From assembly GCF_964204645.1 (NCBI RefSeq), contig NC_134031.1:16045807-16109806 (forward strand): a DNA stretch of 64,000 nucleotides, read 5' to 3'. The notes under the pieces were generated by a model. It ran no database searches. It worked only from the letters and a program-made list of their open reading frames with translations, and had not been told where the DNA came from. The stretch is from Tubulanus polymorphus (lineage: Eukaryota > Animalia > Nemertea). This document shows, one piece after another, positions 34,001 through 46,000 of this stretch (position 1 is its first letter; each line of letters opens with the position of its first letter). Both the position numbers and the translations under genes were made by a program.

Positions 34001-37000
34001 CTATTGAACTGATTCTGAAAACCTTGCATTTGAAGCATTTTATCTGTTTTTTTTAAGCCATGCATATAAATTGCCAAAATTACTACATTTTAGATCTTCC
34101 GGAGACAACCGTTCCTTTTTCTGCACGGTATGGACATTTATATAGATAATACGCAATGATTCAACAACTAGAACGCTTGAAATTAAAACGCGTGCTTTCT
34201 AAATCTTGAGAAAATATTTGATAATGAACGAAAATATCGCATTGCTGGTGGTGGTTGTAGTGTACTTTCGGAAAAAGCAGGGGACTGTTTGATAATTTTA
34301 GATCCCAATTTGACTCAAGATTCAAAATCACACAACGTTTACATACGTTTGGAAAAATATGTGACACCAAATATCTGTTATAGATCCTGAACTAGAACAT
34401 CGTGAATCCATTTATAATATCAGGACCGACTTCTCAACTGCGTGAACTTACCGACTTGAGTTGCCGGCTGCATCAACTCTTCGTGTAGATCGAGATTTTC
34501 GGTCATCGGAATGATAGCAGGCGGTGTCGTTTGGTATCGAATAGTGCCGGGTAACAGATCACCACGTACCGGTTCATTTTCATTACCTTTCAGAGAAGGA
34601 GCGGCTGAAATGGAAAATGAGTGTCGTTAAAGATACAAGGTCTACGTTTAGAAAACTTCGTTTTAACGTGTTCAGACATATCCCTCATTTCGTACGCATA
34701 CCGATACATCGTTTTCCATCCTCAGCAATGATATAACCCGCGCTACATATACACTGATACGAGCCTTCAGAGTTGACACATTTCTGTTCACAACCGGCGC
34801 GATTATCTTCACATTCATTTATATCTGAATAAAAAATAACAAGAAATATCAATATTTGTATAGACGATGTTCTTTGTGAGATTGACGCCTCTTTTACTGA
34901 AAAATCTGGTAAAAACACGAGCATAATTCCTATCTATCATTACACGCACCTTCACAGCCGCAGCCATCTGAAGCCAAACGAAATCCTGGTTTACAACTAC
35001 AACTGTATCGACCGACTGAATTATGACATAGTTGACTGCAGCAATCTGTCCCCTTGTTACATTCGTCAATGTCTGAAACAATCAAACATTCAAAATCCAT
35101 ATGATGACGTGAGTGAAGAAAATCGAGTTAGGAATAAAGAGACGCGAGATTAGATTATTCTCTATTGCTCCAAATTATACATAATTCTTTTTAGCACAAA
35201 GAAAGATAAGTATACCTTTGCACGTTTTCCCATCAGCTTGTAACATGTATCCCTTGTAACAGGAACAGATCGGGCCGCCAGCTCCGTGTTTACAAACGTG
35301 GTCACAATCGCCATTGTCGGTTTTACAGTCGTCGACCACTTCCACCTCAATTCCTGCGGATTAACAAAATACGTACAGATCTAAGATGCCATTTCTCGAA
35401 ATCGTTTTATTTCGAGTATAATCGTACATATACGTAGTAATCGTTTACGGGACTTAAACCCCTCTATTTCTAGACATCTTACCTTGGGGTTTGTGATCTA
35501 TTTTTATGCAGCGATAAAAATTCAAGAACAATTTGCATGTTTGATTATAACATGTATCGATGATAAATTACGAAACCTAGTCGCACAGCCGTGTATTAAA
35601 TGCATATTACTTAGAATTTGAATTGACAGCTGCGGAACTTTACTAACTCGACTAATTGAACGTGCAAAGAAACAAGATATCTTAGGAAGTTTCTAATGCC
35701 TGATATTGTCATCAAGCAGTTAGGATTTACCAAGGCGATTACTGTGTTTTTTTCAGTTTTTATTTCAAATGTGATCGATCTACAAAAGCGTGAAATGATA
35801 GTGAAAATCGACATGCAATGAAAGCCTACATACCTGGCAGTTTTTTAGGTTTAGCTAAGTGCGGCAAAGGGCAAGACAAAAACAAGTGCATCTATCATTA
35901 GTAACTTGTTCTAAATGACGTTTAAAATGTTTTCGTTGTTAGCGAATTTCGTATAGGCGGGTTATACAAAATGCGGACGACACGGCTATTGATTTCTACA
36001 TTCTAGCAGGATTTATGGTCGCCTGGTGATAACCACACATATCTACGTTAGGATGATGAGATTTTGATTTTTAAACAATTATGCATCTTCGGTTAAATGA
36101 TTAGGGAGTTAGTTGGACAGGAATAGTCTTATGGCACCCTATCATGGAAAGGCGTGATTTCTTATTCTGATTTCAACATGGATACTTCGAAAGTGTTATA
36201 AATGCAAAATATGTGCAGTCAAAGCTCGTTATAACGCCAGTCCTGGGACTGTTAAAATTTTGGCGGTATAACGAGCTTTGACTGTATGCGTGTGCAAAAA
36301 AGCTTAATCACAACGCCAGGCCATGGTGAAGTTCCATTGAGAGTAATGAAAGACCAAACAGGCGCATACCACCATTTTTTGCGATGAATAATATCTCACG
36401 CTGAAATGCTCGTTTTCAGCATAACTTACGGTAACATTTTCCATCCATTCCAGGACTGAAGCCTGGCAAACACGTACAAGCGAAACTACCCTGAGTGTTT
36501 GCGCAGGCCTGGCTGCATCCACCATTAGCTGCTGCGCATTCATCTATATCTATTGAACCCAAACAAGGACAACCAGATTGAATAAAACGAAATGACAAAA
36601 ATAGAAATTATATACCAATAAAAGAAGGAAACTTAACCGAACTCACTCGCTGGAGCAGAAAATCCAAAAATAGAGTAGGATTTCGAATTTTGACATACCG
36701 CTGCCAGTTTGAAATTTGGGAATTTACATTTGACTCTTGAGTTAGATATACTCTTACTCAGCTTCGGAGTCGAAATGTAACTAAAAATGTGGAACCTGGT
36801 TCGAAACCAGCTACAACTACTCCTGGACAAAATCAAACTAATATAAGGAGAAAGATAGGTAAAATAGTAGATGAACTATAGCAGCCACTATATCATCGCC
36901 TACCTTCACACGTTTTTTTATCTTGTCTCAGTCTGTACCCTTTATAACATTGACACCGAGCTTTTCCCGCGTAGTTGACACATTTCTGTTCGCAACCGGC

Positions 37001-40000
37001 GTTATTAACTTTACAAGGATTCACTTCTGTAAATAAGCGTTCGAAAAAAAGAACTCAGATAAAAAACTATAAGCTTAAGATTATATCGAACCCTTCATCT
37101 TCAAGAGTTCATTCACTAGGTCTTTTCTTTGGTTTCTCGTCAATTGACTTAATGTATGATTCAAGATTCGGAATGATTTAGATCCTGAAGTGTTTATGCA
37201 ATCTTCCAAAAGATTCTAAGTAATCTGCTTCATATGAAACGGCGTAATTATAATGTCATAATATCATCACCGATTACTTACGTATATTAGCATTTACATC
37301 AGCAACTTTTAGTGTAAATACTTTTGAAACAACATTCCGTGGATAACAAATGACGCAATTCGAATGCAAATTCAAAAAGCAACGTACGATATTCAAAAGA
37401 AATTGGTGCAAAAATAAATGAATGAAAGGGACTCTTTTATATACACCTACCCTCACAGGACTTAGCGTCGGCAGCTAGTTGATAGCCCTGATTGCAGCCA
37501 CATTGAAAATGTCCATTAAAGCCGGGCATGCAAAGCTGCTTGCATCCGCCGTTGTCAACGTGGCAACCACCATCCGCTAGATAACGAGGAAAACAGAAAT
37601 AAAAGGGTGGAAATAAAACAAAAACAAGGGGAGAGGGTGGGTTCGAGCGAGAGAGAGAGAAATTACTGAAAATTCTGCGAGGGCAAAAGAATGGCACTAA
37701 GACTACACTCCGTAACTATTGATAGGAAGGCAACAGCTATTGGAACTATTGACACGAAGGGAAGTGAGCATTATAATAAACTACTGAATTTAGCTTGTTC
37801 TTTTCTTATTTTCGACGGAGCAATTACATCCCTTTATACATAATTGAGTTTGCTTGCTGTATTGGCGTTAAGGGTCGGTTTCCTATTCAACTGTGTTAAC
37901 GCGGGAATTGGGCGATTCACGATAATTTGATTAATTAATGAAATGGGACTTATAGCCATCGTGGCGCGGTCAGATATACCGATTGATTTCTTTCCCTAGG
38001 GGGAAATAACTGATCGGACCGAAAGTTTAAACAGTGACCAGAAAATTCTTGTCTCATATGTTAATGGCTGAGCGTCTCCCGAGTAGCAACTGTTCGAAAT
38101 CTGTAAGCATCTTTTGGGACATGTTTATTCATAAGTTGTCAAAGATTTCGTCTGTTGGCAAATATGACCTTTCGCATGTGGGGGAGGCTGTAGAAAATTC
38201 ATATCGACCAGATATTCCTTCGTTTCTATATAGTATGATTAATGAAACATGGGAAATATATTCATTGGTAAATGTAGGCAAGACACTTCAAATCCGCACC
38301 CATTATTATCGAGATAGCAGGCGCGCCGAGCCGAAGTATTTTAAGAAGTCTATTAAAAGCGAAAATGCGTAAATCGACTTAATGGCTTTTGCTGTAAAAC
38401 TGATGCTGTACTCGGTCGATTTTTCAGACTGGCGAATTAAAGACGAAATCCCGTCGTGACCGACACAATAGCCACGACTCGAGGCAAAATCTGCCGAAAT
38501 TGCTTCCAACGTCACGAGTATGTATGCTATTCGAACAAACAACGAACGTCGATCATTCATCCGATTGGATTAGATCGGGAGATCCGTTGACATGGCTATT
38601 TGGATTAGTGTCGCAGAGATCAGTGAAACAGTCAACTAACGACGGATACACGCTTCACTTTGAAGTAGCCCATAGAACGACAATAGTTCCGCGTCCTGTT
38701 ATACTAAAAAAACGTATACCAAGAAATACGAGCGGGCTTCGATGAGAACTCGTGCGAACTACTATTGAACAAAACTACAGACTCCGAACCACTTCGCTGC
38801 TGAAATCGTTGGTGAACCCGAAACACGGCAAATTAGAGAAATCAAGGACAAAAAGAGCGGCACTAAATATAAATGCTCTCTTTTTTCTCACACTTTTCAC
38901 AGGGATATAGCAAATTATCAACTGCTGATATGAATTCTGATACATTATCTCTATACGCAGTGCAATAATTAACCGTTTTGTATCTCGTCTGTGACATAGA
39001 ATCATCAAACGCGCGCGACATACACTGCGGTCAGCATGACGCCAGTCATCCGAACAAATCGATGCCGCATAGATTTTTTAGACAGTCAGATCGACTGATA
39101 AACTTCCGGTTACATTTGCAGCGTCAAAAAATGTTTGACATCACGCGATTTGATCGCCTAAAGCCGGGGCTTCATGAATAGCGGCAGTGAAACTCTCTGC
39201 CGCTATGAGCCACGGAAAACTGAACTTAGAATCATATTACCGCCGTATCTTATTCTTTTTTCTTTTCTCTTTTTTTAACACCCTCAACCTGCTAAGCGCC
39301 ACGAAGGACATTATGAGTGGGTTTCTTTTTCCCAATGGGGAGAGACCAGAGAAGAACCTTCGACCAAGAAACTCTGTCGCCACCAGGGTTTGAATATCTT
39401 TTTCTTTCCGCCAGTTCCTTATTTATCATTTAAAAAAGCGATCCTAAATTTCAAGTATATCCAAGTTCATCGATTTCGATATGGGATTTTGCGCCTCAAC
39501 TTTCGAAAAAGTAAACAGCCCGATACTATAAAGGCGGGTGACGCGAAGCGATTGCCGACAGTTGTAAGGCCGACTTACAACCGTCTCAATGCTTATCATC
39601 GTGGTATTTCATATAATTAGTTTTCCGGTTTATCATCATTACATGCGTTATCTATGTAGATTTTCTTTAATTCATCGTTAAAGCTTATAGTACTTAATAC
39701 TAGAATACTTTTCGCCGAAAACTGTTTATCAAATATCACAGGGTCTTCGCCCGATCGATATTCTCTATCGAATTTGATTTCGAGTTCGATTTCTCTTTAA
39801 TCGGCGCATTAAAATCTCACGTCATCTTTCCGACGACAAAAACGGTCGATAAATTTAATCATTGTTTGGCAACGCATCTTCCAATTACTGATACGAAACG
39901 ACGACGGAAAATCTGTGACGTTTTCTTTCGATCCGTCGGCGTTATTGTTGACATCGGTGGCCAATCAGATTATAGGGTTTCGCAGACGCCGAATAAATCC

Positions 40001-43000
40001 AATACCGGGATACAGCGCCGAGGATCCTCCAGATTAATGGATAGCTACGTTGAACAAACAACGATTAAAACTGGCTATAATTGCGTTTTAGCCCAGACGA
40101 TGACAAAAATATCAACCAGCTCATTAGACTTTGTTCGTTGGAACTTTTCAAAATGCGAAGAGCCTTTCGAGATATTCGCGCTTCATATCATACTGTAATT
40201 GTGAACATCGCGTGCAGCGTTTTTATGACCCAAAATCGATACATATTCGAAATATAAATGGAAGCAATAATGTTGTCTTTTACGAGCTATGTTCGTATAA
40301 AAGGCGCTGACGTGAAGAGGTTCTTGAATCCGTCATACGAATTGTGTAACATGACATTATTTCGGAATAAATTCGATCGAATGCGTTATTCTGATATATC
40401 ACTATAATACAAAACAAGACCGTCTGGGGAAAATGATTTTCAGAGAATGTATACATGAACATGAACTGTATTTCGACTGGTAATATCCGGGATGCCGAAA
40501 CTTATGCTATATATTTGAAGCAATCTATGACCAAGTTTGAGCTCAGAGAAGTTTTCTTTAAAGATAAGCTTAGGTCTGCCTCTAATGGCCACCAAAGAAC
40601 CACCGAAGTCGGCTTACGTCTGGCTTTAAAGATGGAAAAATGTCCGCACAATCTTCAACGAATATCCTATTCAAAGATAATCAATCAACACGATATTAGA
40701 CAACGAATCGAAAAGAACATCACCGCAACCGCCTGCGAACCATTGAAAATAAAGAGATTTCACGGCGTATCGGCCTCATGGACTTGTAACTTGACAACGG
40801 TCGCTTCGATTTATAATATAAAGTCAAATAGCGGCGATAGAATTAATTTCATCGTATACTAATACATCGTACTGGGAATAAATATCGACTTGTGATTCGC
40901 GTATAATTCGATCAAGTAGTTCCTCCGATGCGGAGGGATGAGCGCATCAATTGTATCCGCTGCGGCTGCGACAAATTCCGGCGCCCGATCAGTAAATGCT
41001 CGAATCGATATCCCCGCCGCCATGGTTATTCGTCATTCGCTGTTGTCGATATGAAAGTTAGAAAAAAAGCCTAGCAAAATCCTGACATTTCTGTATATGT
41101 ATTTCTAATTCGCGTTTTGGAATGCATCGATAAGTTGTGTACTAGAGAAATGAATGTCATTACAGGGGCGGATCTAGGGTATGATTCAGGGAGGGGCGCA
41201 CCCCCAAAATAGGGCATATCATATGATTAAAATAAAAGGGCATTGGAAAACATTAACTCGTTTTTTTGGAGATACAGAGAAGAAGTTATAATTAATGAAT
41301 TTAAACTTATTTAGTGTAATGTTTCAATGTTTAATGTCAATTTAATGTTTTTGTTTTCCCGTAAAATTAAGGGCAACTTGATATTTTGACCCGCATCTGC
41401 ATTCAAGTAGGTACATGGTTACTAAGCTCAGGGGCCCTTCAAAAGTTGGTTAAAGTAAACCATCCTTACAGTGGAGTTTTGTGTCAGTTTGTTTGTTAAC
41501 TTCAACTTGTTATCTTCTAACTTATTTTTTCAAAAACTGCAGCTCCTGGGCTTTCTGGGTGAGCGCATCCATCCATGAAATCATTTACGATTCAGTGATG
41601 ATCAATTTAAGATGAAATTCTCATGAATCTGATGAATCTACTCATTATCACGTTACAGATATCTGAGCAAACCCAGCGTTGATGATATAATTAACCAGTT
41701 GAGTAGCGTTGCTTCATTTCACAAGTATTTCATATCATTGGACTGCGAGCTTTACTGCTGCTGGGATCAAATGATAGTCGTACTATGCGATAATCCCATT
41801 CAGGGTTTCTCAAACGTATCATTGATAATCATTTCTGCCTAGGTTTCCAGAGAGCGAGGCACTGATTGGTCTATATCGAGAAATGAATCTTCTGATTGGT
41901 TAATGAGACTGTTGATTATTGGTTGAAGCTAATCCCTGATTGGTTGTTATCGACTGGTCTCGTCGGGGGCTATCGAGAATTCAGAGGTGAAAACTGAGTC
42001 ATAACTTGTTATGCAGAGTGATCTAGGGGGTTTGTTGATATGTTTTTCTTGAGATTGTGTCAGTAAATAACACTGTCTGCAAACCTCGACCGCGAGATAC
42101 TGTAAAAAAAATCGCCTGAAATCACGATTTATGGGACGGGTTTATTGATGAGTCGAGACTCAAACGCAGACGAACTTTCTTCATCTCTTTCACAATCGAT
42201 ATCAACCAGTTTGATAACTTTACGACCGCCGCGAGATCGCGCAGAGAAAATCATACGCGCTCTGATTTTTCATTTCTCAGAAAAATATTTTCCTTTCTTT
42301 GATCCCGTTCATTCGCATTGATTAATGGTGGCCATTACTGTGCGAAAACTGCGAATGAAAGAATTATTGCTGAATTTGAAAAAATCCATTTCGTAACAAT
42401 TTTTCTGAATCATAGAACGCTAATAAAGATTTTTTCGAAAAGCATCTATTTAGCAGGGCTTTTAATTTTCGAAAACGATTTGGTAAATATTGAATCGATC
42501 GGAGCAGAAAGAAATTATATGAAATGATGAATTTCAATGAGCGTAATTTAAAAAAGATCCGTTCTTACGGTAACCCGTCAAAACGTGGCAGAAATGTTCG
42601 ACTTGCCGCGAATGGATTAATGTTTGCTGATCATTATATTCTCGAGAGATGCTCGATCGTGATTGGTTGACACCGACGTTGTTTAATCAGACGAGATTGG
42701 ATTAACCTGACTTTATGGGACAAGAGTAATCTCCCTTATCTCGTCACAGAGACCGTAAAAATAACCGCCGAGTAACCCCCTAATTTATCAACGCGGCTAT
42801 ATCCACAATCGGACACGAAAATGACAGCGTATTTCTCAAAGATACGATCACAATTCTAATGAAGTGCGGGATGAAATAAGATAGGTATCCCCATTAGTGG
42901 AGTCCTTGAAGAGACAAGCGATGCAATATTACTTACTACATGTCATTCGTTACATTAGATGTCCACGTCGACGCGAATGCAGCATTTTGACAGACGATTC

Positions 43001-46000
43001 ATGAGAAATATTCCGCAAGCTCTTAAACGGTCCCCAGCTATTTATCGCCGCAATTTAATATTCACGAAACAAGATCCTTGGTGGAGGCCTATTTGCAGCT
43101 GGTTGGCTCTAGAACTTAATTTTTCATATTTTCAATGGTATAAGTAAGTATAGGGCCTGTATTTTGTATTTTGTAATTGATGTCAGAAGACCTACGTATA
43201 TGAGGTGTATGAAAAGTAAGACAGAACAAAAAAGCGAAACGCACTTATTTTCAATCGACTGTATACGCGCTGATTGAGTTTGACAACTTCGGATGTAATA
43301 GAATAACGTTATCAGTTGATATTAGAGAAGTCAGCGGTGAAATAGAAACACAATACAAGCTACTGTTTCAAAAACAACAAATGACGCCAACGCATTAACA
43401 GCAACATATATAGCGACTTCAAAATAAAACCCGCTCTGTTTACAAGTATGGAACATTTTTACGATCATCGAAAACATTAAAAGCTGGTGAACATTGCCTT
43501 AGGAGGAAAACATGTTTCAAGATCGCAACTGTCTCTTGGCCACCCACAGAGAAACACTTAGTTCGTAGTTTGTATAGGTTTAGTCAGGGCCATCGACGAC
43601 ACGATCTTCATAATCGAAGAAATTGAAGACCTCTGATGAAATTTTAAGGACATTAACGTAACATCGAGGGGATTGACCCTGATTCATTAACCACCGAAGG
43701 ACGGACATAACTGGCCGAATTCTGCGTAATCAATAATTTAGGTAACTAGGTTTGTTGTGTGCCTAATCAAAACGTTTCTAATCTACGAATCAATCGGTGT
43801 TAGTTGATACGAAACGTTCGCCATTCGTATCACACCTTGTTAAACGTTATTTGACAACGATTTTGATTTCGACGCCGATTACAAGACCAATATCGAACAT
43901 CGGTAGTTCGTATTTCAAAAGTTTCAGCAAATGTTTATGTTTGACACTAAACTGTTTGATATCATATTCGTGTAAATATTTTCGTATGGCTCATTGTTGT
44001 TATTTGACTTCCTTATTACGAGTTCATTAAGGCTAGGATTGGAGACCTGGGCCTCGCGTTAAATTTATACAGCCAGAAATTGCAGATCTCAATATGATTA
44101 AATCAAATTATGTATTTCTGACAGATTCAATCTAATATACCGATTATTCTGGAACAATTTTCAATGTTATCTATTTTCAATTGTTATGTAACTTGGTAGT
44201 ATCATGAATGGGGTGTAATGTGTATGGATGTGAGTGTGTGGCCGATTGGGCCTTCTAGGTCATAAGTTTCTTTTAACTTCACCAGTCGCCCAACGTCTTT
44301 TTACAATATTTTGTATAATCTTTGCCACTTCCTATTGTAATTTAATTTGTGAGTAAACATTATCATTATTACAACTCTCAATGAAAAAAAGTTAATGATA
44401 GAATATTTTTAGATACTATCCATCGCTTATTGAACTCTAACTTGTTATTGTTCGTTTATTTAACAAGAACCTGTACATTCCATAAATGAAGAGAACAAAT
44501 AAATACATCCATCAAAAAGCCAATACCACGAAGTATTGAAATGATACGTACATTGAGAAAATAAACGCTTATATGTATTCAGCATATAAGAAATTCAAGA
44601 AATCGAACAGATTTTGTTGAGAACGAAAGTCGGAGAAAGGCTTAGATTTTCATATCGAATAGGCATCTAGATAGGAGAACCTATGGATCTATAGGTTTGG
44701 GATAGGTTATTGCTAAAAAAAGGTAAAGAGGAGCAAAGGAACGAAATAAATTCTAACTTACGGACACAGGATCTTCTGTCTGGACCGAGTCGTTGTCCAG
44801 CCGGACACTCACATCTGTAACCACCGTGAGTGTTCACACACCTACCCTGACATCCTCCATTCGCTTTGGCACACTCGTCAACATCTGGAAGTAAAACTCA
44901 ATACGATAATACCATAAATATTGATATGAGAATCGTCTTGGTGAAGATAAAATTTCTTTAGACTTTCTGAATTTTGAATGCCCAAGTCAAATATGGATGC
45001 GAAAAGTGGGATATGCCATTACTGGATAACTAGGATATTGGGAGAGATATTTTGCATAATAGTTCTTAGATTAAAGATGTTCTGGGTCATCCATGCATAT
45101 AGTAAAGAAGCTGAAAACCATAAATGATAAATGATACATTTTTTCAGCTTCATTGGACATGCTGGCTTACGATGGAATGATACGTTGATATCATAAAGAC
45201 TATATAGGAATTATTTGTTTTTATAGTCTATCATAATACTTTTGTTCGGTGACAAGACAGTGATAGCTGTGTCAGATATTTCTGAGAAATGTTAGTTCCA
45301 ACACCACGGACGAGTATAGTAACATGATGGAGCCATTACCAGAAATACAGGTCTGCTAGTGAGAGGTAAGTCCTCAAATGTGATACTAGTGATTCTCGAG
45401 TCGACTGATTACAGATACAATCTACGACATCTTTTCAACTATATCAGTCAACTCTTTGGCCCTAAGCCCCCACTGCATTTTTGGAAATGGCTCCACATTT
45501 CATTAACACAGGGAACACGGCACTCAGCGGACATTTTAGAATCACGGCAAACAAGGTTAGTTTTTACTTTTCGTTTAGCGATGCGATACCTTTACAATGA
45601 AAGCCATCCTCGGCCAATAATAACCCGGTCGGGCATTTACAAACGAATGACCCGACCGTGTTATGACACGTTATTTCGCAGCCTGCGTTATTCTCAGCAC
45701 ATTCGTTTACGTCTAAAATAGTAAATTTTTACAATCATTGAAATAATGACACGTGATGAACCATACGGAAGCCCATGTCTAAAGCCACGCGCTGCTTAGT
45801 CAGTTTTCGAATTGAAACAGTTTGAACTTTGATAAGGCGCTATAAAAATTTTCGAAACAGTTCAGACTGTCTAGAGGTTCAAATTTCTTTCACTACTCGG
45901 GACAATGATGGGCTCATCAAAATTATATGTGCAGCAGTATCGCTAAATCAGGTTTTCGAGTTCGATTTTTTTTCAAATTTTTGCTGATTCCAAATACCTC

